Counted from the stretch's first letter, positions 19,621 through 29,436 are shown. The stretch is 55,706 nt of DNA from Candidatus Uhrbacteria bacterium RIFOXYC2_FULL_47_19 (GCA_001791745.1 MGFG01000026.1:1-55706); one strand, 5' to 3'. The notes: generated from the letters alone by a model not told the origin. Translations and numbers: made by a program.

Positions 19621-22074
19621 ATGCAGGAAACTATACAAGTTGGTCAGACGTCAGCAGTCGGACTTAAGCCGCAATCACTGGCTAGAATCTGCGATGTTGT
19701 GACCAGATGGTCACTAATTATCTTAGTATTTTTGATTCCAGTCTTTATTCTGCCGTGGACCACAGAGGTGGCTGATTTTAATAAGCAGATGCTGTTGTTT
19801 GTGGGTGTTAGTGTCGCAGCAATAGCTTGGATGGGGAAGATGTTGGCCGAACGGCGTTTTGAATATCGTCGTAGTGTAGTCAATCTTATTGTGTTGGTTT
19901 TTTTGGGTATTTACGCCATTAGCACCTGGCTGTCAGTCAATCCGTATCTGAGTTTGACTGGTAATTATGGCCAGGCCCGAGATGGTTTACTAACGGTGAT
20001 TGCTTTGGCCGTTCTTTATTTCGTGACTATCAATAGCGTTCAGACTGAATCAGAGCTCAAGCGTTTGCTAATGGCAGTGGTTTCTGGTGGTTTTGTTGCG
20101 GTGGTTTATGGATTGCTTCAGGGGCTGGGAGTCTTTATTCTTCCTTTTACTTTTGCTAGTAAAGCGGGTTTCAATACCGTTGGTACAGTGTCAGCATTGG
20201 GTATTTTGGCGGCCTTTTTGGTAATGCTGTGCAGTGGTCTGCTTCTCTATGGTCATGGCCGGCCAAGTCAGTCCGGAGTCAAGGTTTACGCCACCAAGGT
20301 TTTACTGGTAATGACTTCGATCATCTCTCTCTGGTTGGTGGCAGCTATCGGATTTTGGCCCGCTACGGTTGCTTTATTGGTTTCGTCACTAGTACTCATT
20401 GGTTACACTTTCGTTCATGCCAATTCGTTACGTGGATTGAACGGTGTTATTTTGCCAGCAGCTGCAGTTGTCGTGACCATCTTAGCTCTGCTCTTTAGCT
20501 GGTCGTTAGGGCTTCATTTTCCATTAGAAGTGATGCCTTCTACTAGTACGTCATTCAGTATCGCTACTCAGACTATTCGTGAGTTTCCATTCCTAGGCTC
20601 TGGTCCCGGGACATACATTTTCGATTTCGCTAAGTATCATCCAGTAGAACTTAACGACACTAATTTTTGGAATGTCCGTTTCGATCGAGGGTCATCGCGA
20701 TTTCTTACCTTACTTCCTAGCTTAGGGTTGCTGGGTACCTTGACCTGGTTGTTGGTTTTACTGCTACTACTCGGTTCTGCTGGTAAAAAGTTGCTACGAG
20801 CTGACGAGGCCACCTGGCATATTCTGATCGGGATTTTTTCGGCTTGGTTCTTGTTGATTCTTTCGAAGTTTCTCTACAGTTCATCGTTGACTCTAGAGGT
20901 TTTGTTTTGGGTGATGATGGCCATGTTGGTAATTGTTCATAAACATGACTTTTACTCAGTGCGGTTCGAGAAATCGCCGCGCGCCTCCATGTTAGTGACT
21001 TTTGCCTTTATTCTGAGTTTGGTCTTTATCTTATCCGGCGCCTTTGTTCAAGTTCAGCGTTACTCTGGTGAGGTCGCTTTTGCCAGGGCTATGGAAGCAA
21101 GGAATAGCCAGGATTATGATTTGGCGATTGAACAGTTGACCAAGGCAACCAACCTCAATAAACACAATGATGTTTATCTACGGAATCTGGCTTTGGTACT
21201 AATGTCCAAAACAGAGCAGATGGCCGCCAAACAGATATCTTTAGTTCAAGAGGAAGGAGAGAGTAAAGAGGCTTTTGCTGCACGACAGACTAAGGCAACA
21301 CAGGAGCGTTCTCAGATCGCCTCGATGCTGACTACTAAAGCCGTGCAATCAGCCAAAGCAGCAACTGAGATTAGTAAAGTGAATGTAGCTAATTGGTCAG
21401 TATTAGGGTCCATCTATAGAAAGTTGATTGGTGTTACCGAAGGTGCTGAGAATTGGACTCTAGCAACCTACGAGCAGGCTTCACAGCTTGAACCCAGCAA
21501 TCCATCATTACCGACAGAAGTGGGCAAGATGTATCTATTATTGTCGGATTTGGCTAGGAAAAATTTAGCACCATCGGGCAAGGCTGCTGATGAGGGATGG
21601 GCTAAAGTGACCAGTCTTCAAGATAAAGCCAATGAGTATTTTAATCGGGCAGTCGAGCTTAAGTCTGATTATGGTCCAGCTCGTTACAACTTGGCGTTAA
21701 TACTCGATCGTCAGGGTAAGTTAGTTGAGGCGATCAGTGGTATGGAATCGGTGGCTAGAGATAATCCCAAGGATGTTGGGGTTGGTTTCCAATTAGCACT
21801 TCTCTATTATCGCAATGATCAGAAAGAGGCAGCTATAAAATTGTTGGAGTCGGTGATCAAGCTCACATCTAACTTTTCGAATGCTAGATGGTATTTGGCT
21901 GCTATGTACGAAGAGCGAGGTGAATTGGCGAAAGCTATCTCCGAGATCGAGATCGTTCAGTCGTTCAATCCTGACAATCAGCAGGTCGCAGCTAAGTTAG
22001 TGTCTTTGCGAGATGAGTTAAAGGCTGGAACCGCCGGCGACGAAGGTGGGGAGCTGCCACCACCGGTCGAGTAG
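19621..22074 (+). CDS. O-antigen ligase/O-OTase-like polytopic membrane protein with C-terminal TPRs
   Basis: About 13 TM segments, loop PFLGSGPGTY typical of the Wzy_C-like fold, TPR helices in the last 330 aa. Confidence 0.78.
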   Translation: MQETIQVGQTSAVGLKPQSLARICDVVTRWSLIILVFLIPVFILPWTTEVADFNKQMLLFVGVSVAAIAWMGKMLAERRFEYRRSVVNLIVLVFLGIYAISTWLSVNPYLSLTGNYGQARDGLLTVIALAVLYFVTINSVQTESELKRLLMAVVSGGFVAVVYGLLQGLGVFILPFTFASKAGFNTVGTVSALGILAAFLVMLCSGLLLYGHGRPSQSGVKVYATKVLLVMTSIISLWLVAAIGFWPATVALLVSSLVLIGYTFVHANSLRGLNGVILPAAAVVVTILALLFSWSLGLHFPLEVMPSTSTSFSIATQTIREFPFLGSGPGTYIFDFAKYHPVELNDTNFWNVRFDRGSSRFLTLLPSLGLLGTLTWLLVLLLLLGSAGKKLLRADEATWHILIGIFSAWFLLILSKFLYSSSLTLEVLFWVMMAMLVIVHKHDFYSVRFEKSPRASMLVTFAFILSLVFILSGAFVQVQRYSGEVAFARAMEARNSQDYDLAIEQLTKATNLNKHNDVYLRNLALVLMSKTEQMAAKQISLVQEEGESKEAFAARQTKATQERSQIASMLTTKAVQSAKAATEISKVNVANWSVLGSIYRKLIGVTEGAENWTLATYEQASQLEPSNPSLPTEVGKMYLLLSDLARKNLAPSGKAADEGWAKVTSLQDKANEYFNRAVELKSDYGPARYNLALILDRQGKLVEAISGMESVARDNPKDVGVGFQLALLYYRNDQKEAAIKLLESVIKLTSNFSNARWYLAAMYEERGELAKAISEIEIVQSFNPDNQQVAAKLVSLRDELKAGTAGDEGGELPPPVE

Positions 22075-22092
22075 GTGGCTGAAAGTAAAAAC

Positions 22093-22127
22093 AAATCGCC
22101 GGCTCTTGCGTAGGGTCGGCGATTTTT
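22093..22127 (+). terminator. Terminator at the end of the surface cluster
   Basis: AAATCGCCGGC...GTCGGCGATTTTT. Confidence 0.7.
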
Positions 22128-22168
22128 GTTTTGTGGTTAGATCTTTTTTATCTTTTAGATTTTTACTC

Positions 22169-22475
22169 CTGGGTCCCGGATACCACTCGCTACGCTCGCA
22201 GTTCCGGGACGACAGGACAGGAGGAGGGAGTGTTCGGTTCAGAGGCCGGGACGACAAAGTTTTATCAACTAACCCAAAAGACCACGCCCTTGGGCGTGGT
22301 TGAATGGGTCAAGCGAAGCTTGTGCTGGAGTAGTACCACGGGCTTGCCCGTGGGGATCTATTTTGTCATCCCGGAAATTGCGTCAGCAATTATCCGGGAT
22401 CCAGAAGCCAATCCCAATCTTTTTTACTCCTGGGTCCCGGATACCACTCGCTACGCTCGCAGTTCCGGGACGACA
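22169..22475. repeat. Palindromic MITE/REP-like cluster 1 (TGTCATCCCGGAA...TTCCGGGACGACA family), including copy 2 of the 57-bp repeat
   Basis: Half unit 22169-22214, full unit 22364-22475, 57-bp repeat 22307-22363, hairpin ACCACGCCCTTGGGCGTGGT 22281-22300. Confidence 0.85.
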
Positions 22476-22571
22476 AAGTAATGAATCTTCGTCTCAACAT
22501 CTCATCCTCTCGCCACCCTTCGAATCCCTTTCGGTTTAAACAAAAAATGACATCTATGTAATGTCATCTTT

Positions 22572-22647
22572 TGGTGGACCGCAAGGGATTCGAACCCTTC
22601 ACCCCTTCCATGCCATGGAAGTGCTCTACCAAATGAGCTAGCGGCCC
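22572..22647 (-). tRNA. tRNA-Ala(GGC)
   Basis: GGGCCGC/GCGGTCC acceptor with G3:U70, anticodon arm CTTCC-ATGGCAT-GGAAG, CCA. Confidence 0.95.
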
Positions 22648-22803
22648 AAGGCAGTACAATATTAGCCGCAGCTACCAGGTGTGTCAACGTCTGGCTGATA
22701 TTTTATTCCATTAAGTTCGACTATAACTCAATCCTTTCCAGTTTCGTTAAAATTACGTACCATTCGCTCCGCACACTAAGTGTCTTATTCATCAGCCAAA
22801 ACT

Positions 22804-23877
22804 ATGTCCCTGAAAGTAGGTATCGTCGGGCTTCCCAATGTCGGTAAATCGACCCTTTTTAAGGCTGTGACTAAGAAGCAAGTCGATTGTGCTAATTTTC
22901 CGTTCTGCACCATTGAGCCGAATGTGGGAGTGGTAGCTGTGCCAGATGAACGACTGACCGAACTATCTCGTGTTTCTAAGTCTAAACAAACGATCCCGAC
23001 AACTGTTGATTTTCTAGATATTGCCGGTTTGGTTAAGGGTGCATCCCAGGGTGAGGGGCTAGGCAATCAGTTTTTGTCGCATATTCGTGAGGTGGATGCC
23101 ATTGTTGAAGTGGTTCGAGCCTTCGAGAACGATGACATCGTGCATGTCTCCGGTAAAATTGATCCAACTGATGATGTTGAAACCATCAATTTAGAATTGA
23201 TCTACGCTGATTTGTCGGTCGTAAGTAAACGACTAGAAGGTCTTAAAAAGTCGATGAAGGCTGGTGAGACTCACGAACAAAAGCTGGCTTTGTCTGCCTT
23301 TGAGAAGGTTAATGTTTTATTGTCGGCAGGCCGGCCGGCCCGTGAAGCGGCTCTAACAGAAGACGAGGTTAAACCTATTAAGGACGTTCATCTGCTGACT
23401 GCCAAGCCGCTCTTGTATGTAGTTAATGTGAATGAGACTCAGCTTAGGTCCGACTTTCGGATTTCATCACTGCCGTCCGAGTTGCAGATTCCGCTATGTG
23501 TGAAAATGGAGGAGGAGATTGCGGCCTTACCAGATGAAGAAGTGCAGGAATATCTAGACGCATTGGGTTTATCGATGACCGGACTCGATCAGTTGATTCG
23601 GGCCAGCTATGACCTATTGGGATTGATTACTTATTTTACTTCTGGTGAAAAAGAGAGTCGGGCTTGGACCGTCAAACGCGGCACCAAAGCACCGCAGGCT
23701 GCCGGTGTAATTCATACCGATTTTGAGAAAGGATTCATTCGGGCTGAAGTAATCAATTGGCAAGACTTTGTGGAATTAGGAGAGGTCGGCTCCAAGGAAG
23801 CCGGAAAACTTCGAGTTGAAGGGAAGGAGTATACGATCCAGGATGGAGATACCTGTCATTTTAGGGTTTCGACCTAA
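22804..23877 (+). CDS. ychF: Redox-regulated ATPase YchF (Obg family)
   Basis: GIVGLPNVGKST, ANFPFCTIEPN, DIAGLVKGAS.GEGLGNQFL, AAGVIHTDF. Start set at ATG 22804. Confidence 0.97.
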   Translation: MSLKVGIVGLPNVGKSTLFKAVTKKQVDCANFPFCTIEPNVGVVAVPDERLTELSRVSKSKQTIPTTVDFLDIAGLVKGASQGEGLGNQFLSHIREVDAIVEVVRAFENDDIVHVSGKIDPTDDVETINLELIYADLSVVSKRLEGLKKSMKAGETHEQKLALSAFEKVNVLLSAGRPAREAALTEDEVKPIKDVHLLTAKPLLYVVNVNETQLRSDFRISSLPSELQIPLCVKMEEEIAALPDEEVQEYLDALGLSMTGLDQLIRASYDLLGLITYFTSGEKESRAWTVKRGTKAPQAAGVIHTDFEKGFIRAEVINWQDFVELGEVGSKEAGKLRVEGKEYTIQDGDTCHFRVST

Positions 23878-24002
23878 GTTAAGCGGCCAGTGGTCCGAGC
23901 GTGCTGCGTTCGGCTTCCTTTGTTTCTTGTTCGACGTACATCTTGAGTACGCCTCACTTTGTCGTTTTGACTAGCCGAACACATCATCTAATCTTTCTGC
24001 TC

Positions 24003-24527
24003 CTGGGTCCCGGATAGCCGCTGTCGCGACTTCCGGGACGACAGTGTTTTTTGTCATCTCAATTCTTCTTACGTATTTGTCATCCCGAAAATCGCGAGTC
24101 TTTCCAGCTGTCATCCCGGAAGGCCGAGCGGAGCGATGTCTATCCGGGATCCAGAAGCTAATCCCAATCTTTTTTACTTCTGGGTCCCGGATACTGTTCG
24201 ACTCGCTACACTCGCTCACAGTTCCGGGACGACAGTATTTTTTGTTATCTCAATCCTTCTTATGTTTTTGTCATCCTTACTTTTTATTTTGTCATCTTGA
24301 AACCTCAAGCCTTTTTTAATATGTCATCCCGGAAGGCCGAGCGGAGCGAGGTCTATCCGGGATCCAGGAGCTAATCCCAATCTTTTTTACTTCTGGGTCC
24401 CGGATAGTCGCTGCGCTCCTTCCGGGACGACAGTATTTAAGGAATAATGTTCAGCTCACAGTTCCGGGACGACAGTGTTTTAATATGTCATCCCGGAAAT
24501 TGCGTCAGCAATTATCCGGGATCCAGC
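24003..24527. repeat. Palindromic MITE/REP-like cluster 2 (same family as cluster 1)
   Basis: Two full units (about 24108-24234 and 24322-24432) and several half units; constant arms with variable inner hairpins. Confidence 0.85.
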
Positions 24528-24613
24528 CCAAAGTACAGGTTGACTTTTTGATTAAAAAATGTTTTATTCATTTATGGTCGGCCGGTTAAATATCCCGGTC
24601 GTAGGAGGATAGC

Positions 24614-24820
24614 GTGGCGAAAATCGGAAAAAATGGAAGGTGCCCGGATTGTCAGTTTCCTGAGTCGAGGTGTCAGGGATGCACTGACCGTATCGCTGCC
24701 TGGTCGTCGTCAGGAGGCGACTGGGAAAGGAGAAGGGTGAGAAAAGTCCTGGGTCGAGGTGGAAGAGAGTTTTCTTCCACGGAGGTGAGGCAACTCCTCA
24801 CCAACGGAGAGATTGGCTAG
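24614..24820 (+). CDS. Small Cys-rich hypothetical protein (possible Zn binder)
   Basis: AGGAGG Shine-Dalgarno, TTGACT -35 at 24540, CPDC...CQGC, terminator near 24855-24883. Confidence 0.55.
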   Translation: MAKIGKNGRCPDCQFPESRCQGCTDRIAAWSSSGGDWERRRVRKVLGRGGREFSSTEVRQLLTNGEIG

Positions 24821-24973
24821 TCATTATTTTGATGGCTAGTAGGTAGATGGACTCAACCGGTCGCTTATCGGCCGGTTCTTTTTATCTAACAGATTTAATC
24901 AAGCCGTGTTTGAGATCGGTGTCTAATACCCCGGGCGTAAGCCCGTGGGAAATTTATTGAAAATTCGATAAGT

Positions 24974-26221
24974 TTACTTTTTTCGCAATCGGACAATTTC
25001 ACGCCAAACTAATTGACCAGAACGTCCATAAACCAGACCGTCATTCGGTCCGACTCGTCCATCAATAGATTTAATCAAGTCTTTTTCAAGTAGAGGTTCA
25101 ATATGATAATCATGACCAGCGATCTCTACTAGATCGATACCCATCAGATTATGATTATTGTCGAGATAGATCGGTAGAGCCAGGATTAGAGATGCATCCT
25201 TGGTTAGAGTAGGCTTTATAGCCATCATCGATTTGGTGTAGAGGTCAGTCAGTTCGTCCAGCCGGCGGTTTAGTTCTTGTCGATCTTCATGTCCATCACG
25301 CGGTCGACCAAGGAATGGTTCGGTCACTACAGCGGAGATAGTTCGATTTGGAATTTCTCTAGTTTGCACCGACGCATCAGCGACAAAAAGTTTAACTTGA
25401 GAAGTCTCAAGAGATGGATGCTTATCTTTTAACCACTCTACATTACGCTTCGCATCCACGATGGCTTGTGGTGATAGATCGCTGCTGTAAATAGCAGTTA
25501 CGTCTAGCTGTAGTGCCTCGGTCAGGACCGTGCCCGAGCCACAAAATGGATCCCAGACTACCGAGTCGGTGGTTACCCCCGCTAGGTTGAGCATGATGCG
25601 AGCCAGTTTGGGTGGAAGCATTCCACGGAAGGCGTCGCGCCCCGGTCGACCATAATCAAGTTCAGAAAACTCTTCAAAGGGTTGGACCACGGAGGTGATA
25701 CCGACCATGCCATGATTACCATGATCAGAAACCAATACTACGAATTCAGAACCGTTATCATTAAGCAGTCCGTTTTTCGCGACCGAGACCGAGGTTAAGG
25801 TTGTTCCTTCAGTTGGTCGAACCCAGCGGGCGGCCAGTCCACTCTCTTTGAGTCGACGTTTGGTTTCCATACCGCAACGTTTAAGTCTAGTCGCAGTTTT
25901 GGTCGGAGATGATATGTTGGCGGAGTATAGACTGTAACCAAAGGTTGCACGTCCATCAAAAGATCGTTCGATGATCGTATTGGCCATCAATTCGGACAAT
26001 GCATCTGTTGACAGCTCAACATTTTCAGCCACGATTTGCCCAATTTTGATCGTACCGCCAAGTTTGGTCATCAATTTTGTCAGCTCCAGATCATCAGATA
26101 CCCTTAAAACCAAAACTTGAGAGCTGGTTTGTTGCACGGTAAAACTACCCGTCGGTAGAACCGATAGGACTTCCGCTATTGATAACGATGGATTGGATCC
26201 TAGAATGAAGAAAATAAGCAT
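24974..26221 (-). CDS. TRM11-like SAM-dependent (RNA) methyltransferase
   Basis: GMLPPKLARIM.NL, DPFCGSGT, V.DA, TEPFLG. Confidence 0.85.
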   Translation of the reverse strand: MLIFFILGSNPSLSIAEVLSVLPTGSFTVQQTSSQVLVLRVSDDLELTKLMTKLGGTIKIGQIVAENVELSTDALSELMANTIIERSFDGRATFGYSLYSANISSPTKTATRLKRCGMETKRRLKESGLAARWVRPTEGTTLTSVSVAKNGLLNDNGSEFVVLVSDHGNHGMVGITSVVQPFEEFSELDYGRPGRDAFRGMLPPKLARIMLNLAGVTTDSVVWDPFCGSGTVLTEALQLDVTAIYSSDLSPQAIVDAKRNVEWLKDKHPSLETSQVKLFVADASVQTREIPNRTISAVVTEPFLGRPRDGHEDRQELNRRLDELTDLYTKSMMAIKPTLTKDASLILALPIYLDNNHNLMGIDLVEIAGHDYHIEPLLEKDLIKSIDGRVGPNDGLVYGRSGQLVWREIVRLRKK

Positions 26222-26460
26222 ATCTCAAGTTCAGCGATCAGTATTACACGAATTCAGCCGGGGGCAAACTCGACTAAAGATATTTTTTGGCTTATTTAGC
26301 CATTAGATTAAGGTTGATGAGCCAATACCCCAGCCCTTGCATCTTTAATTTGGCCGTGCTAACGTTGGCCCGATAACGCCGTTTAAGGCGTCAGTAAAGC
26401 CTTTCTACCACGATTCGGTCAAGACCGGATCCGCGGTAACACCGCGAGATTGGCCAAAAC

Positions 26461-26931
26461 ATGAAGAAATACGAAATCATGTTCATTATTCCTTCCAAGT
26501 ATACGGAAGGTGAAATGGACGGTATTATAAAGAAAGTAAACTCCATGCTCGAGGAGTCTGGGGCCAAATTGTCCGATACACACAATCTGGGTAAGAGACG
26601 CTTGGCCTATCCAATTAGTGATCAGCGGAACGGTACTTATATCATCACTTATTTTGAGAGTGAGCCGGCCGAATTAGCTAAGATGGATCAGACTATCAGA
26701 CTTTCGGGCGAGGTGATGCGGCATATCATCATTGAGCGCGATCCGCATATTACGCAGATGCCGAATTTGATTGAGGTCGAAGATCGACGTTCTGAAGAAA
26801 ACCGTGAGCGTCAGAGTGAATCTACTCCAGTGCGAGCAGTTCCATCCAAACCGGTTGCCAAGCCGGAGAGTGTGAACATGCAGGAGTTAGATAAGAAGCT
26901 GGATGAAATTTTAACTGAAGAAGTACTTTAG
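26461..26931 (+). CDS. rpsF: 30S ribosomal protein S6 with C-terminal extension
   Basis: YEIMFI, GKRRLAYPI, V.RH; rpsF-ssb-rpsR order. Confidence 0.96.
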   Translation: MKKYEIMFIIPSKYTEGEMDGIIKKVNSMLEESGAKLSDTHNLGKRRLAYPISDQRNGTYIITYFESEPAELAKMDQTIRLSGEVMRHIIIERDPHITQMPNLIEVEDRRSEENRERQSESTPVRAVPSKPVAKPESVNMQELDKKLDEILTEEVL

Positions 26932-26985
26932 CCTCTATCTAATAGAGATGTGGAACGGACCTATACCTAACTAAGATATAGACGT

Positions 26986-27423
26986 ATGAATCTCAACCGC
27001 GCCATGATTATCGGCAACCTGACTCGTGATCCAGAGTTGCGAACTACTCCGAACGGTCAAAATGTGGCCACTTTTGGTGTCGCTACCAATCACACCTGGA
27101 CCGATTCCTCCGGTCAGCGTCAAGAGAAAGCCGAGTTTCACAACATTGTGGCCTGGGGCAAGCTGGCCGAAATCTGCAGCCAATACCTGGGTAAGGGCCG
27201 CAAGGTCTACATTGAAGGTCGTCTGCAAACACGAGAGTGGGAGAGTCAGGATGGAGCTAAGCGTAATCGGACTGAGATTGTGGCCGAGAACATGATTATG
27301 TTGGATCGTGCAGGTGCTGGATCAGCACCAGCCATGGCTACACAGACTGCGACCGCTACAGCACAGCCGGCCAACACCACCAGTGGTGAGGAAGAGATAC
27401 GCGTCGAGGATATACCTTTTTAA
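26986..27423 (+). CDS. ssb: Single-stranded DNA-binding protein
   Basis: N...[20 protein letters not shown]-terminal DIPF. Confidence 0.98.
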   Translation: MNLNRAMIIGNLTRDPELRTTPNGQNVATFGVATNHTWTDSSGQRQEKAEFHNIVAWGKLAEICSQYLGKGRKVYIEGRLQTREWESQDGAKRNRTEIVAENMIMLDRAGAGSAPAMATQTATATAQPANTTSGEEEIRVEDIPF

Positions 27424-27426
27424 ACT

Positions 27427-27663
27427 ATGCGGAGAAATAAGAAAGATGATGTCATCGTCCGACAGAAGCATTGCTGGTTCTGTATCAACGGAACCAAGTC
27501 TATAGACTATAAAGACCTCGGGACACTACGTCGGTACATTTCGTCCTTTGGTAAGATTGTCCCGCGTCGTCGGAGTGGGGTCTGTGCGTTGCATCAACGG
27601 AAGTTGGCTACGGCCATCAAGCGGGCGAGGATCATGGCTTTACTGCCATTCACGACTAGATAA
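27427..27663 (+). CDS. rpsR: 30S ribosomal protein S18 (Zn-binding type)
   Basis: CWFC, IDYKD, GKI.PRR, C..HQR, AIKRAR..ALLPF. Confidence 0.97.
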   Translation: MRRNKKDDVIVRQKHCWFCINGTKSIDYKDLGTLRRYISSFGKIVPRRRSGVCALHQRKLATAIKRARIMALLPFTTR

Positions 27664-27745
27664 TTCTGGACCCGGAAAAGCTCGCTTCTCGGCGGGCTTT
27701 TCCATAGGTGGAATCGTGTGTATCCGCAATTGACGTCCGGATTAT

Positions 27746-28822
27746 ATGGAAAAGAATTGGAAAAGAATTGTAGATGATATTGATTTTCGTCGTCGTATGG
27801 AAAGGCGATCGGAGATAATTTTTGGAATTCGTCGTTTTTTTCGAGAGCTTGGTTTTTTTGAAGTTGAAACTCCAACTTTAGTGGCTAGTCCGGGTATGGA
27901 GCCAGAACTGGATCCGTTTATGACTGAAGTGATTGCTCAAAATGGAACCAGAAGCGGAGTCGGATTAATTACTTCACCTGAGTATTCATTGAAGAAGCTG
28001 CTAGCTGCCGGTTACGAGCGTATTTTTGAGATTACCCGTGGTTATCGGAATCACGAACCTTGGGGTGGTTTGCATAATCCCGAGTTCACCATGATTGAGT
28101 GGTATCGGACTGGATCTGACTATCGGGCCATTATGGAGGACACCGAGCGGTTAGTAGAGTCGCTCTCTAAGTCACTTTATAATCAGTCAATCATTGAGTA
28201 TCAAGGTCAACAAATCGACTTATCTGCGCCATGGGTTCGATTATCGGTTGAAGAGGCCTTTAAAAAATATGCCAATCTAGATTTGGGTGACATGCTCGAT
28301 GATGTCGAACGGTTCGGTCGTGCGGTTCGTGATCGTGGTTGTGAGACTAACAAGAGCGACACTTTCGACGACCTGTTTTATCGTCTTTTTTTGAGGGATA
28401 TCGAGCCAAATTTGGGTTGGGATCGACCGGTCATCCTCTATGATTATCCGCATCAGATGGCTTCACTATCACGACTCAAACCAACTGATCTACTTTATGC
28501 TGAACGTTTTGAGGCTTATATTTGTGGTCTAGAGTTATGCAATGCTTTTTCTGAGTTGAATGATCCAGTCGAACAACGGAAAAGATTAGACCATGAGCGA
28601 CAAGAACGGATCTCTCAAGGTAAAACTGCCTTTCCAATTGATGAAGATTTTATCGAAGCAGTGGGTAGAATGCCGAACTCAGCTGGGATTGCCTTGGGTG
28701 TAGACCGTCTGGTAATGTTGCTGACGAATGCGAGAACGATCGAGGATGTGATGTTTTTTCCAGCCGTCGATCTGTTTGGATCTCGAAAAGAGGATTCGGA
28801 CACTAAAATTAGTTTTAACTAG
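27746..28822 (+). CDS. epmA: EF-P lysine ligase (EpmA/GenX/PoxA)
   Basis: LysRS catalytic domain only: EVETP, TSPE...KKLL, HNPEFTMIEWY, ERFE...G.EL.N.F.EL, GIALGVDRL; adjacent to efp. Confidence 0.93.
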   Translation: MEKNWKRIVDDIDFRRRMERRSEIIFGIRRFFRELGFFEVETPTLVASPGMEPELDPFMTEVIAQNGTRSGVGLITSPEYSLKKLLAAGYERIFEITRGYRNHEPWGGLHNPEFTMIEWYRTGSDYRAIMEDTERLVESLSKSLYNQSIIEYQGQQIDLSAPWVRLSVEEAFKKYANLDLGDMLDDVERFGRAVRDRGCETNKSDTFDDLFYRLFLRDIEPNLGWDRPVILYDYPHQMASLSRLKPTDLLYAERFEAYICGLELCNAFSELNDPVEQRKRLDHERQERISQGKTAFPIDEDFIEAVGRMPNSAGIALGVDRLVMLLTNARTIEDVMFFPAVDLFGSRKEDSDTKISFN

Positions 28823-28828
28823 TGGAAT

Positions 28829-29395
28829 ATGGCCGACACGACAGTTTTGAAGAAGGATACGTTTATTATGTTTAAAGGTGCGGTGCATCAGGTAGTTGAT
28901 TTTCAGCACGTAAATCCGGGTAAGGGGAGTGCCTTTGTTCGGACCAAGCTTAGGAACGTACAGACCGGGCGAACACTCGACAATACCTTCAAGGTCAGCG
29001 AGTCGGTGGATCCGGTAGAATTGGATCGGGCCAACATGCAGTATTTGTATAGTGACGATTTGGGCTATAACTTCATGGACAACTCCAGTTACGAGCAGGT
29101 TTGTATTCCAAAAGAGCTGTTGGGAGATCGGGGTCTCTATTTGACTGAGGGTCAGGAGGTGATGGTTTTGATGTATAATGGTCAGCCGTTGTCTGTCGAC
29201 CTGCCCAAGAAGCTGATTTTCGCCGTGACCGAGGCTATGCCGGCGGTGAAGGGAGACAGTGCGCAGGGGCGAGTCACTAAAGAGGTAACAATCGAGACCG
29301 GCATGAAAGTTCAGGTGCCGCTGTTCATCGAGGAGGGTAATCAGGTGGTGATTAACACCGAGTCCGGCGAGTACGTCGAGCGTGCACAGCAGTAA
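28829..29395 (+). CDS. efp: Elongation factor P
   Basis: HVNPGKGSAFVRTKL, VKGD, VPLFI, GEYVER. Confidence 0.98.
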   Translation: MADTTVLKKDTFIMFKGAVHQVVDFQHVNPGKGSAFVRTKLRNVQTGRTLDNTFKVSESVDPVELDRANMQYLYSDDLGYNFMDNSSYEQVCIPKELLGDRGLYLTEGQEVMVLMYNGQPLSVDLPKKLIFAVTEAMPAVKGDSAQGRVTKEVTIETGMKVQVPLFIEEGNQVVINTESGEYVERAQQ

Positions 29396-29409
29396 GAGAT
29401 TGATACTAG

Positions 29410-29436
29410 AAACCCGGGCGGTAAGTCCCGGGTTTT
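29410..29436 (+). terminator. efp terminator
   Basis: AAACCCGGG...CCCGGGTTTT. Confidence 0.7.

Noticed and set aside
22022-22687. ORFs of 61-116 aa across repeat cluster 1 and tRNA-Ala
   Set aside because: They are translations of palindromic repeats and a tRNA; repeated peptides simply mirror the DNA repeats.
24003-24527. Possible CRISPR array
   Set aside because: Irregular period, inverted half-units, recurring rather than unique spacers, and no cas genes.
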